Below are positions 1-9,372 of a stretch of DNA of 58,706 bases, in pieces. The DNA comes from Candidatus Eiseniibacteriota bacterium (lineage in GTDB: Bacteria; Eisenbacteria; RBG-16-71-46; CAZAMP01). Position numbers and translations under genes: made by a program. The stretch covers positions 1-58,706 of the forward strand of contig CBDCYW010000025.1 in the NCBI GenBank assembly GCA_965224245.1. The letters are read 5' to 3'. The notes below the pieces were generated by a model, which had not been told where the DNA came from, made no database searches, and worked only from the letters and a program-made list of their open reading frames with translations. Each line of letters begins with the position of its first letter. The stretch's first letter is position 1.

Positions 1-883
1 TCTCGCAGAGCTTGCAGAGCCGTTGGACGATTGCATCGTCCATCTTCGCATTGGCCTGGTGGAGCAGCACCTTCTTGACGTCTCCGAGACGTACACCTGC
101 CTTTTCGAGGGCGTCCTTGATGACATGCGGCACTGTCCTCAGGGCGTACTCGTACAGCTTGCGACCACTCATCTTGAGGAACAGAGTGTCATCGCCGTAG
201 TCGGGATTGTAGGAGCGGCCCATGCTCAGCAGGTGGGCATGTTCCAGCGTGTCGGAGCGCGCCGCGTGGGAGAGGAAGCCCACGGGCTCGTCGGTCGGAA
301 CGGCCTCGAGGATCACCGCGCCGGCGCCGTCCGCGTATATCATACTGTCCCGGTCGTGGGGATCCGAGACGCGGGAGAGTGTCTCCGCCCCGATGACGAG
401 GGCATTCGTTCCTTGCCCCGCACTCAGAAAGCAGTCGGCCTGGATCAGACCCTGTAACCAGCCCGGGCATCCGAACGGGATGTCGTAGGAGATCGCCCGG
501 GGATTCGCGATGCCCAGCTTCGCCTTGACGCGAGCCGCGAGGCTCGGAACGAAATCGGATCTTCTATCGTCTCCGCCGACATCCCCGAAGTTGTGAGCAA
601 CGATCAAGTGGTCGAGGCTTTCTGGGTCGATCCCGGCCGACTGGAGGGCGTCTTCAGCTGCAAAGTACGCGATGTCCGAGGTGACCAGATCGTCGGTGAC
701 CCAACGACGTTCGGTTATGCCGGTGATCTTCTGAAACTTCTCGATGATCTCGGCGGTGGGTCGGTCAAACCGGTTCCCGTTCGGGTCGTAGAACGTGTGC
801 TCGAGGAAGTGGGCGTTGGGGATGGTTCGTGCTGGCACGTAGCTACCGGTGCCGGCGAGGATAGAACGAACCTGTCGCTCCAC
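1..883 (-). CDS. fabH: 3-oxoacyl-ACP synthase III (FabH), 3' end outside window
   Basis: Absent from the ORF track (no stop in window). Manual translation from GTG 883 (GGAG upstream): ILAGTGSYVP...ITGITERRW...AHNFGD...FGCPGW (catalytic Cys)...YADGAGAV...LHQAN (catalytic His). Confidence 0.92.
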   Translation of the reverse strand, partial: MERQVRSILAGTGSYVPARTIPNAHFLEHTFYDPNGNRFDRPTAEIIEKFQKITGITERRWVTDDLVTSDIAYFAAEDALQSAGIDPESLDHLIVAHNFGDVGGDDRRSDFVPSLAARVKAKLGIANPRAISYDIPFGCPGWLQGLIQADCFLSAGQGTNALVIGAETLSRVSDPHDRDSMIYADGAGAVILEAVPTDEPVGFLSHAARSDTLEHAHLLSMGRSYNPDYGDDTLFLKMSGRKLYEYALRTVPHVIKDALEKAGVRLGDVKKVLLHQANAKMDDAIVQRLCKLCE

Positions 884-1205
884 AAACAGCTCCGGATCAG
901 TCCCATGCCGCAAGGAGACGGGGCGGTTACGAACGATCCATGCGCATTGCCCCGCCTGCGGTCATCCTACGACCGCGAGATCGCCCTAGCCTCGCACGGC
1001 CGCGCTTAGCTACGACTTTACGCATGGCAGCGGGATCGTCAAGTCCCTTTCCGCGGCCGCTACCACCCTCGGCAGCCCGGGCGTGAACTCCGAGCTGACG
1101 CCGTCGATCCTTCCGGAACTGCCTGGCTCGATGAACGGCCAGATCCCCACATCGTTCTTCGGGGTCCCGGCAAGGCGGGTCGTTGCCCACGAGCGCTGAT
1201 CCGAA

Positions 1206-1856
1206 TCAGGGAATGACATACACGAGCACCGCGAAGAAGTGGCAAGCGCTCCCAGCGAGTACGAATGAGTGCCACACCACGTGATGGAAGGGCAGGCTTC
1301 GCCAGACGAAGAAGACCACGCCCAGTGTGTACGCCATTCCACCGGTCAGGAGCAGGACGATCCCACCCACGGCCAGCCCTTGAAGGAGAGGTCTGGCCGC
1401 GAAAACGACGCTCCAGCCCATGGCGAGATAGAGAACCAGCTGCAACCGGCGCGCGCGCCCCCGCGTGACCGCCTCGAGCACAACGCCCGCCGCGGCGAGT
1501 CCCCAGATCACGCCGAAGAGGCTCCAGCCCAGCCTCCCGGAGAGCGTCACGAGCGTGAAAGGCGTATAGGTGCCCGCGATCAGGAGGAAGATGGCCGCGT
1601 GGTCGATGATCCCGAAAACGCGCTTTGCGCGACCGATCGGGAGTGCATGGTAGAACGTCGAGGCACAGTACAGAAGAACGAGGGTGGCACCATAGACGCT
1701 GCAGGCAACCACATGGATTGCGGATCCCCTTTGGACGGAAAAGACGACCATGAGGACGAGCGCGGTGATGCCGAGCAACAGACCGGCCCCGTGAGTCAGG
1801 CTGTGGGCCACCTCTTCCGCGATCGTGAATCGCTCATCAGGACTCTTCCGTACCAT
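1206..1856 (-). CDS. Hemolysin III family (PAQR/TrhA-like) membrane protein
   Basis: EEVAHSLTHG, STFYH, DHAAIFLLIAGTYTPF, HVVWHSFV motifs; about 7 hydrophobic segments. Confidence 0.93.
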   Translation of the reverse strand: MVRKSPDERFTIAEEVAHSLTHGAGLLLGITALVLMVVFSVQRGSAIHVVACSVYGATLVLLYCASTFYHALPIGRAKRVFGIIDHAAIFLLIAGTYTPFTLVTLSGRLGWSLFGVIWGLAAAGVVLEAVTRGRARRLQLVLYLAMGWSVVFAARPLLQGLAVGGIVLLLTGGMAYTLGVVFFVWRSLPFHHVVWHSFVLAGSACHFFAVLVYVIP

Positions 1857-1936
1857 GCATCGATCTCGATCGTGGGCGAGAGGAGTGCACTCTGACCCCT
1901 GGCCTTACTACGCGGCTGCAGCGGCCCCAGGCCACT

Positions 1937-3607
1937 TCAGCTCTGCAACCCGGTGCCTTCCCGACGCGCACGTTCCCCCCCGATCGCGCCGTATTGCTTG
2001 AGCTTTCGGTATAGCGTCGCCGAGCCGATCCGGAGCTGCTGGGCCGTGCGCGTCTGATTCCCGCCGTTCAGCGCCAGTACGGCGAGGATGTACTCTCTTT
2101 CTACGTCACGGAGCGGTTGCACCGTTTCCTCGCTGACCACGGGCTTGGGAAACGCCCGGCGGATCTCCTCGGGCAGATCGTCGAGCTCCACACGACCTCC
2201 GCTGGCGAGCGCGACGGCGCGTTCCATGGCGTTCTCGAGCTCCCGCACGTTGCCTGGCCACTCGTAGCGCACGAGCTGATCGGCCGTGTTGGGAGCGAGA
2301 CCGGATACCTCGCGAGCCATCCGAACCGCTGCGTCCGCGAGAAGCAGCCGGGCGAGCGGCAGGATGTCGTCCCTACGTTCGCGGAGCGGCGGAACGTTCA
2401 GCTCGACGACCTTGAGCCGGTAGTAGAGATCTTGCCGAAAGGTACCTTCAGCCACCCCGAGGGCAAGGTCGCGGTTGGTGGCGGCCAGGACGCGCACATT
2501 CACCGGTCGGCTCTTGTTCTCCCCGACCCGACGGATCTCCCGCTCCTGAAGCACCCGCAGGAGCTTGACCTGCATGCCCGAAGAAACCTCACCGATCTCG
2601 TCCAGCAGCAGTGTTCCGTGGTTGGCCGCTTCAAACAGTCCGAGCCGGTCCGAAGCAGCGCCCGTGAATGCGCCGCGCGTGTGCCCGAATAGCTCACTCT
2701 CGAGGAGGGTCTCGGTGATCGCGCCGCAGTTGACGGCGATGAACGGCCCAGCGGCGCGTGTTGACTCGTCGTGGACGAGACGCGCGATCCGTTCCTTGCC
2801 GACCCCGCTCTCGCCGGTGATGAGCACCGCGGCATCGACTTTCGCCACGCGACGTGCGAGCTCCAACACGTGCTGCATCTTGGGACTCATGGCGACGATC
2901 CCCAGCGGTTCTTCCACGTCTCGTACCACGCGCACCAACGCTTGACGGTGCGCCCGGAGCTTTGTCTCTGCCGTCTTCAAGGTCTCCGTGACTCTGCTGA
3001 GCGAGACATCGAGGCACGCCTCGAGGCGCCCGGAGTCGAAGAACGCCAGCTCCTCGGCGTGCTCGTCACCCCACTCTTCGCGCGTACGCCCCAGGAGGTG
3101 GCACGCCACATGACCTTCCCCCAGGCAGCGATCTTCGAGGACGTAGATCTCCTTGCCGGTGGTGTGGCTGACGTAGCCGCTCATGAGGCCGCAAATGGTC
3201 CAGCAGACGGGCGCATCGGAGCGACCGAAGTGCAGGAGATGCTGCTCGGCCTCGTAGGAGGCAAGCAGCATCGCCCCCTTCTTGGTCAGCGGATCCTCAC
3301 TTCCCGGCTCGATGCGGAAGAGCCCCTCGAGGGCGTAGATTTGGGGGCCGGCCCTACGCCAGTCCTCATCGTTCCCCCACTTGAACTCCTTCTGCATGGC
3401 TGCGGCCATGCGCCAGCCGTGGGCGAAGCCGAACTGGGTCAGCACTGCTCGAGCCGCAGTCAGGCCGAAGTTGTCAACGAGATACTGCCGCAAGACCCCC
3501 ATGGCCACGGCGTCGAGCAGGAGTGCGCGCTGCCCGGCGAACCGGATCACGCCTCCCTGAGGGTCCAGCTCCAAGAGCTCCTCGTGATCCAGGTCCTCGA
3601 CGCGCAT
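1937..3607 (-). CDS. Sigma54-dependent activator (XylR_N + V4R + AAA + Fis HTH)
   Basis: GESGVGKE, ESELFGH, GAFTGA, LLDEIGE, WPGNVRELEN, TLYRKL; N-terminal V4R Cys motif (CWTICG...EDRCLGEGHVAC). Confidence 0.95.
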   Translation of the reverse strand: MRVEDLDHEELLELDPQGGVIRFAGQRALLLDAVAMGVLRQYLVDNFGLTAARAVLTQFGFAHGWRMAAAMQKEFKWGNDEDWRRAGPQIYALEGLFRIEPGSEDPLTKKGAMLLASYEAEQHLLHFGRSDAPVCWTICGLMSGYVSHTTGKEIYVLEDRCLGEGHVACHLLGRTREEWGDEHAEELAFFDSGRLEACLDVSLSRVTETLKTAETKLRAHRQALVRVVRDVEEPLGIVAMSPKMQHVLELARRVAKVDAAVLITGESGVGKERIARLVHDESTRAAGPFIAVNCGAITETLLESELFGHTRGAFTGAASDRLGLFEAANHGTLLLDEIGEVSSGMQVKLLRVLQEREIRRVGENKSRPVNVRVLAATNRDLALGVAEGTFRQDLYYRLKVVELNVPPLRERRDDILPLARLLLADAAVRMAREVSGLAPNTADQLVRYEWPGNVRELENAMERAVALASGGRVELDDLPEEIRRAFPKPVVSEETVQPLRDVEREYILAVLALNGGNQTRTAQQLRIGSATLYRKLKQYGAIGGERARREGTGLQS

Positions 3608-3716
3608 CGGCCACCTCCATCAAATTGAAAGGACCGTACATCATTTCGATTGGATACACAAGCAACAGGATCGCCAAGCGTAATGTAACTACCTAATATC
3701 ATGCCAGATGCGTCTT

Positions 3717-3732
3717 TGGCGAGGAACTTGCT
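3717..3732 (+). promoter_or_regulatory. Sigma54 -24/-12 promoter
   Basis: TGGCGAGGAACTTGCT has exact GG-N10-GC spacing; it is divergent from the sigma54 activator gene and preceded by an AT-rich tract. Confidence 0.85.
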
Positions 3733-3813
3733 TAAGTAGGCTTCAGAGCCAGCCTGGTCAAGGTTGCGCTCGGCCCCCACGGAACCACTCGCGGAACGAT
3801 CGGAGCAAAAGAC

Positions 3814-4086
3814 GTGAGCAGCAGCACTGAACCAGTCGAAGCCGGCCAGCAGTACGCGGCGGCCCACGCCGCGCATTACACGACGAAGAACCTGCGCGAA
3901 GCTCTCGAGCTCTACCAGAGCATCGTGGCCTCATACCCGAACAGTCAGGAGGCCGGGTACTCCCGATCTCAGATCCAGAACATCGTGAATGCCGTGGTCC
4001 CAACCCAAGAGCTCTTTGCTACCCAAGTGGATATGGCATTGGCCCACTTGGCATCCCGTAGCGGAGAGGTTCCGTCGTCCTCATGA
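3814..4086 (+). CDS. Small TPR-like helical hypothetical protein
   Basis: EALELYQSIVASYPNSQEA resembles a TPR_6/YfiO-type repeat; first gene after the sigma54 promoter. Confidence 0.65.
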   Translation: MSSSTEPVEAGQQYAAAHAAHYTTKNLREALELYQSIVASYPNSQEAGYSRSQIQNIVNAVVPTQELFATQVDMALAHLASRSGEVPSSS

Positions 4087-4308
4087 CCCGTTGCTTCAAC
4101 GTGCTCGAGGAGATCGGCGCCTCGTCGCGCACCGACGCGATCCTGACTCCACATTCACCAGGACTCCCACCCTCGACTCACCGACAAGATGCGCCACGCC
4201 CTGATCGAGGCCGACCCGACCGTCGGCCTCAAACCCGGCGTTGGCTCTCACGCATGACTCGATCGCATCTGATGAGTCTGCTCGCCAAGACGAACCGGAG
4301 GATGCCCC

Positions 4309-5532
4309 TTGCCTGACCCCGAGAGCGGGAGGCTCCTTGGACTCGAGACCGAGCTGATGCTCGTCGACGATCGAGGATGTGTTTCCAACAGAGCCGCGGA
4401 GATCGTGGGTCACCACGAAAACACCGGCAACATCGTTCCCGAGTTTTGCAGAGCCGTCGTTGAAACCAATCCTCCCCCTTCCTCCACCATCATGGAACTC
4501 GAGGCCAATCTCCTCGCAGAGCTCAGAGCAGTATGCTCGATCGCAGACTCTCTGGGGATAGCGGAAGTTCCTTTGTCGGAGGTCGGCCCTGGCAACGGAG
4601 CGAAGAAGAACCTCGATAGTCGACGTTATGCGCTCTTCGAGGAGATCATGGGGGCAGAGCACGGCGATATGGAGCGCTCTTCCTGTGGCACCCATCTCCA
4701 TGTAGACCTCAAAACCGACGTCGTTGGCCAGTACAACCTCTTGCAGTCAATGGATCCTGTCTTCGTTCTGATGTCTTCTTCTTCGTTCGTCAGGGGACGA
4801 AACTCCGTCAACTGCGGCCGAGTCAACATGTTCAGAAACGTGTTGTTTCAGGGAGCGCCTCGGTTGAGCCAACTACTGGAATACATATCCAGTGAAGAAG
4901 ATCTCGACGCCCTGGAGCGCTCCCGGTCCGACTTCTTCATGAGTCGACTGGAGCCGACTACCGAGACCCGGCGGATTTTCGGCGGCCGCAACAACGGCTC
5001 CTCTCCACTCAGGAGAGCGAAGCACACGCTAGAGATCCGGTGCGCCGACTCGAACATTCCCTCCCTGGCCGTCGCGATGGCCGCGTTGTACAAGGGCGTG
5101 CTGGAACGCGTATTCGAGGATGGTCCGCTCGAGATCCTCATCTCCCCCCTCGATTCTGCATGGCACATGACGAACTCCGAGATCGTCCTGCCCTCACACC
5201 GCACGCTCAAGGTGATGGAGTCGGAAGGAATAGCGATGGGGCTCCGCTCCCCATTGGTCAGCAGTTACCTCTCTTACCTGTTGACCGTTGCCCAACAGGG
5301 GCTGCCCAGCGGGGAGACCAGGTACCTGCAACCGTTCAAGACGATTCTGCAGCACAAGCGGAACGTCGCCGATCTCATACGCGACAAGGCCAGGCTCATC
5401 GATCCGACGATACGGGACACGATATCGGTGAGCTCTGCAGCGCTCGTGAATCTCTTTGTCGCCGATCAATATCGAGACAGCGTGCACGGCGGCTCGCAGT
5501 TGATCGACATGATCAGCGGCGGGGCCGAGTAG
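4309..5532 (+). CDS. Glutamate--cysteine ligase family 2 (GCS2) carboxylate-amine ligase
   Basis: LLGLETELMLVD, VPEFCRAVVE, CGTHLHV, TLEIRCAD motifs. Confidence 0.8.
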   Translation: MPDPESGRLLGLETELMLVDDRGCVSNRAAEIVGHHENTGNIVPEFCRAVVETNPPPSSTIMELEANLLAELRAVCSIADSLGIAEVPLSEVGPGNGAKKNLDSRRYALFEEIMGAEHGDMERSSCGTHLHVDLKTDVVGQYNLLQSMDPVFVLMSSSSFVRGRNSVNCGRVNMFRNVLFQGAPRLSQLLEYISSEEDLDALERSRSDFFMSRLEPTTETRRIFGGRNNGSSPLRRAKHTLEIRCADSNIPSLAVAMAALYKGVLERVFEDGPLEILISPLDSAWHMTNSEIVLPSHRTLKVMESEGIAMGLRSPLVSSYLSYLLTVAQQGLPSGETRYLQPFKTILQHKRNVADLIRDKARLIDPTIRDTISVSSAALVNLFVADQYRDSVHGGSQLIDMISGGAE

Positions 5533-5609
5533 ATCCCGCGCCATCGTCCCTTCCAAGTGAAGGTGCCCCCCGAAAGGTCAGTGTCTTGGTCAGAACGGAA
5601 CGGCATCAA

Positions 5610-6434
5610 ATGAACGTGAGCATCGCCGAAGGGAGCGTTCTGTTCATTTCGGCTCACATCCATCCAGCGCACGAGGACTATCACATCTATCGGCCGAAGA
5701 TCGACCCGCCTCCGGATTTCGACCTCAACCGGCTCGTCGAGACAGCGGGTCTATGGACGAGGCGGTACTTCTGTCGGAGCATCATCGATGCTCCGAGCGA
5801 TGAGCGCGTCTATCCGAACACGGCACGCGGTCTCTCTGCCGTTGTCGTTGCCGGATCGTTGCACTACTGCAGCGATGCACGAGGCGCACTCGCCGCCTGG
5901 CAGGACGAGCTGATCCGTTTCGTGAGAAAGAGCATCCTCGACTGGGATCTCGGCTTCCTCGGGCTGTGTGGCGGAGGACAGATCGGGCTCCGTGCACTTG
6001 GAGGAACGGTGGAACCGAATCCACCGGGCCTGGGATCTCACGTAGAGCACCTCATGGGGAACGTGCTCGTTCGTACCGGTGAGCTGATACTCACCGAAGA
6101 CGGCCGCGCCGACCCGATCTTCACCGGTTGTCCAGCTCGGTTTGCGGTACACGAAGCTCACGGCGACTACCTCGCGGGAGTCCCCGACGGCATGAAAGTG
6201 CTCGCCAGAAGTCCGGACCTGCCCAATCAAGTCCTCGGATGGAATGACCGTGTTCGGCTCTTTCAGCCTCATCCGGAGCTGAGCCTGTCGTTGTTGCGGC
6301 GTGTGCTTCACGAACGCTCCGCGCGTGCGGACTCGCCCGAAAGGACGAGACGGCTCGAGCAGCTCTCGACGCGACTTCGTGAAACCCGCATCGCGAACGA
6401 ACGCATCGTCCCGAACTTCCTCAGAATGCTCTGA
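5610..6434 (+). CDS. Class I glutamine amidotransferase-like protein
   Basis: Nucleophile elbow GLCGGGQ, HEAHGD, FQPHPE (His-Glu). Start placed at ATG 5610 inside the 5040..6434 ORF. Confidence 0.8.
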   Translation: MNVSIAEGSVLFISAHIHPAHEDYHIYRPKIDPPPDFDLNRLVETAGLWTRRYFCRSIIDAPSDERVYPNTARGLSAVVVAGSLHYCSDARGALAAWQDELIRFVRKSILDWDLGFLGLCGGGQIGLRALGGTVEPNPPGLGSHVEHLMGNVLVRTGELILTEDGRADPIFTGCPARFAVHEAHGDYLAGVPDGMKVLARSPDLPNQVLGWNDRVRLFQPHPELSLSLLRRVLHERSARADSPERTRRLEQLSTRLRETRIANERIVPNFLRML

Positions 6435-6450
6435 GCGGAGTGGTCCACAG

Positions 6451-7200
6451 ATGATCATGATCCGCCGGGACACGGAGCGCCAGCATGACCGATGCCGCAA
6501 GCACGAGGCCTGGCAAACGTTCTATCCGGCCACTTCGACGCGCCCCGGCGCGAATGGCCTCGAAGCTCTGCCCATCTTCGGCGAAATACGCCTTCCGCCG
6601 GGCAACGGTACAGCACCTCGGCCAGGGGACGACGCAGAGATCGTCACGTACGTGCAACAGGGCGCGCTCGCGTATGAGGACTCGACGGGGAGTGCCGGTG
6701 TGATTCGGGCAGGTGAGTTTCAGCGCATGACCACCGGCCGCGGTGTCCGCCACAAGGAGACGAACGCGTCACGGACCGACTGGGCGCACATTTTCCGGAT
6801 CTCCCTGCACCCCTCGGAGGGTGGGCTCGGTTGTGCTCACGAGCAGAAGCGCTTCACGGCAGCGCAGCGCCGCAACGTGCTATGCGTCGTCGCGTCCCCG
6901 GACGGGCGGAAGGGATCACTGCGCATCCACCAGGACGCTCTCGCATGCTCGAGCATACTCGACCCCGGACATCACCTTGTCCACGAGTTGCGGCCGGGGC
7001 GGAGTGCCTGGCTCCACGTCATGTACGGCGAGGCGACGCTGAATGACATCGTCCTGACCCAAGGTGACGGGGCGAGGGTGACGGTCGAGCCCGCGGTCTC
7101 GCTCACCGCCCACGAGAGCGCTGAGATACTGCTGGTCGATCTAGGCCCGGTGCGGAGCGAAGGGCGGGAACCGCGTGGGGAAAATGTCCTTGAAACGTAG
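6451..7200 (+). CDS. Pirin family (YhhW-like) cupin protein with degenerate metal site
   Basis: EIVTYVQQGALAYEDSTG, GEFQRMTTGRGVRHKE, VASPDGRKGSLRIHQDA; start ATG 6451. Confidence 0.88.
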   Translation: MIMIRRDTERQHDRCRKHEAWQTFYPATSTRPGANGLEALPIFGEIRLPPGNGTAPRPGDDAEIVTYVQQGALAYEDSTGSAGVIRAGEFQRMTTGRGVRHKETNASRTDWAHIFRISLHPSEGGLGCAHEQKRFTAAQRRNVLCVVASPDGRKGSLRIHQDALACSSILDPGHHLVHELRPGRSAWLHVMYGEATLNDIVLTQGDGARVTVEPAVSLTAHESAEILLVDLGPVRSEGREPRGENVLET

Positions 7201-7315
7201 TGCAGGATGGAGAGATCCTGGACCGGAACGAACGATCGGAAGCGCCATCCGGGGAATCTCGGCTCCATTCATCAAGCTGCCCTCGGGAGACGAGGGAGCG
7301 AACAACTGCAAGGTC

Positions 7316-8686
7316 ATGCGACTGTATCTGATCAACCCCTCCAACCCGCTTGTCAGCATGGTCAAAGTCAAGGAGAGCCGCTGGAACCGTTACCGGGTGT
7401 GGAAACCACTGAGCCTAATGGTTCTCGCGGGCATGACCCCACCGGAGTGGGAGATCTCCATCGTGGACGAGAACGTGGGCACGCCGGACTATTCGGACAT
7501 GCCGCGGCCGGACCTGGTCGGCATCACGGCTTTCACTTCCCAGGCGAACCGCGCCTATGCAGTGGCCGCTCACTTCCGGTCTCTGGGCGTGCCCGTCGTC
7601 ATGGGTGGCATTCACGCGACCATGTGCCTGGATGAGGTCATGGAGCATGCGGACTCGGTTGTCACCGGGGAAGCCGAGGGCATCTGGCCGCAGATCCTGG
7701 AGGACGCCACGCACGGCCGCCTGAAGCGCAGGTATGACGGAGGGCTGGCCAAGATAGACGATATCCCGCGGGCTCGTCATGACTTGCTGGCTACGGGATA
7801 TGCCTTCGGAGCCATTCAGACCACCCGCGGTTGCCCGTTGAACTGCAGCTTTTGCAGCGTGACGGCATTCAATGGGACTCGCTACCGGCAGCGACCCATT
7901 GGGGATGTCGTTCGCGAGTTCCAGTTGATCCGTGAGAGACATGTTCTGGTGGTGGACGACAACCTTATCGGCACGCGCCCTGCCCACATCGCCCGCGCCA
8001 AGGACCTGTTCCGCGCCATGGTAAAGGCGAACCTGCGAAAGGACTGGATTGCCCAGGTCACCATCAACTTCGCCGACGACGAGGAACTACTGGCGTTGGC
8101 GGCAAAGGCCGGGTGCAGCGGCGTCTTCATCGGCTTCGAATCCCCCGCACCGGAAGGGCTCCTGGAGATAGGTAAGAAATTCAATCTTCTGAAGAGACGG
8201 GACTTCCGAGCGTCCGTGCGGCGCATACAGCGGCACAACATACTCGTTGCAGGGTCCTTCGTCATCGGTCTGGACATAGACAAACCGGGTATCGGCAAAC
8301 GCATCGCCGAGGCAGCCAGTCGGTACGGCGTGGACAATCTCAACGTGCTGTTTCTGACGCCTCTGCCCGGCACGCGTCTGTGGGGCCAAATGAGATCGGA
8401 GGACCGAATCGCACTCAACACGTTCCCGGAAGACTGGAGATACTATACGCTGAACTTCCCAGTCGCCCGGTACAAGCACTTGTCTCTGGACGGCATCATC
8501 CAGGAAATGGCCGCCTGCAACCGGGATTTCTATTCCCTACGGCGCATTGTACGTAGGGTGTTCAGCAGCTTGTGGCACCGCCGAAAGCCGGTGATCAGCC
8601 TGGTGGGCAATCTCTCGTATCGGGGCAACATCCGCACGAGCGGCAGAGCGTACACGGACTTCCAGCGATCCAGGTCTCCGACCTGA
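7316..8686 (+). CDS. B12-binding domain radical SAM protein
   Basis: VVMGGIHAT, TGEAEG, TRGCPLNCSFC (CxxxCxxC), VDDN, GFES, LTPLPGT; start ATG 7316. Confidence 0.92.
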   Translation: MRLYLINPSNPLVSMVKVKESRWNRYRVWKPLSLMVLAGMTPPEWEISIVDENVGTPDYSDMPRPDLVGITAFTSQANRAYAVAAHFRSLGVPVVMGGIHATMCLDEVMEHADSVVTGEAEGIWPQILEDATHGRLKRRYDGGLAKIDDIPRARHDLLATGYAFGAIQTTRGCPLNCSFCSVTAFNGTRYRQRPIGDVVREFQLIRERHVLVVDDNLIGTRPAHIARAKDLFRAMVKANLRKDWIAQVTINFADDEELLALAAKAGCSGVFIGFESPAPEGLLEIGKKFNLLKRRDFRASVRRIQRHNILVAGSFVIGLDIDKPGIGKRIAEAASRYGVDNLNVLFLTPLPGTRLWGQMRSEDRIALNTFPEDWRYYTLNFPVARYKHLSLDGIIQEMAACNRDFYSLRRIVRRVFSSLWHRRKPVISLVGNLSYRGNIRTSGRAYTDFQRSRSPT

Positions 8687-8905
8687 GCGGCCGCCTCATT
8701 TCGGACCCGTGCCACCGACCCACGCCGATGAATGTCGAGGCCAGGAACCCGGGCCAGCACCAGTGCCAGCAGTCGCGGCACGAAGCCAGCAAGCCAGCGG
8801 CCCAAGCCGAGCCGCGAGAACCGCGCCAACATGGTCAGCCACCTGAAGACCCGACTCAACCTATTGGCAATCCGGGGAGATAGGGACTCCCTGGAAGCGC
8901 GAACG

Positions 8906-8963
8906 TGGCGGCTACGCAGACGCGATTCGAACCCATGACGCCGGCCTGACAGGCCGGCGTCAT
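8906..8963 (-). pseudogene. Degenerate tRNA(Asp)-like 3' remnant containing a perfect 14-bp inverted repeat
   Basis: Minus strand reads GCCGGCCTGTCAGGCCGG...GGGTTCGAATC...CCGCCA (GTC anticodon arm, T-arm, CCA); no D-arm or 5' acceptor strand. Confidence 0.5.
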
Positions 8964-8996
8964 AGTTCTCCGTAACCGATTTTTTAACAGAAAGAT

Positions 8997-9092
8997 ATGG
9001 CGTCCCTAACGACTCCGAGTTGGAACCAGATCGCGCAATGGCTCCATGAGATCGAGGGTCTTCAAGTTAGGGCAGTCGGGTGTACCGAATAG
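8997..9092 (+). other. Probable att junction: tRNA-Glu-like 3' end (TGGCGTCCC) fused to an orphan C-terminal tail of a large serine recombinase
   Basis: Reads MASLTTPSWNQIAQWLHEIEGLQ. I recognise SWNQ..WL.....L from C-termini of tRNA-integrating serine recombinases (from memory). Preceded by an AT-rich tract. Confidence 0.55.
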
Positions 9093-9372
9093 CAGCAGTT
9101 CCGGGGAGGACAAGTGCCGATCCACCATCGAGTTCTCCCTCTGTTGACTTCAATCTGGGCAACGCGATCCGTGATCCTGGCCTCCGCGTCCCTCATAGCC
9201 TTCTGTCCCGGCAGAGGTTGAGTGTCTGCGAGGCGCGCCGTGCCCGTCCTCCAAGCCTTCCGGGCGGGCGCGGCGTCGGCCAGTCTGGAGGTCAATCCTG
9301 GGCGGGTGTATCGTGGGTCCGTGGCCGCCGATCGGGGGTCAACCAGTTCCGTTGCCGCGGAGGATCCGGAGG

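Noticed and set aside
23-1009. Plus-strand ORFs 23..457 and 593..1009
   Set aside because: Antisense shadows of fabH.
927-1205. Short ORFs between the hemolysin III gene and fabH
   Set aside because: No motif or RBS support.
8906-9006. Functional tRNA gene
   Set aside because: No complete cloverleaf can be formed.
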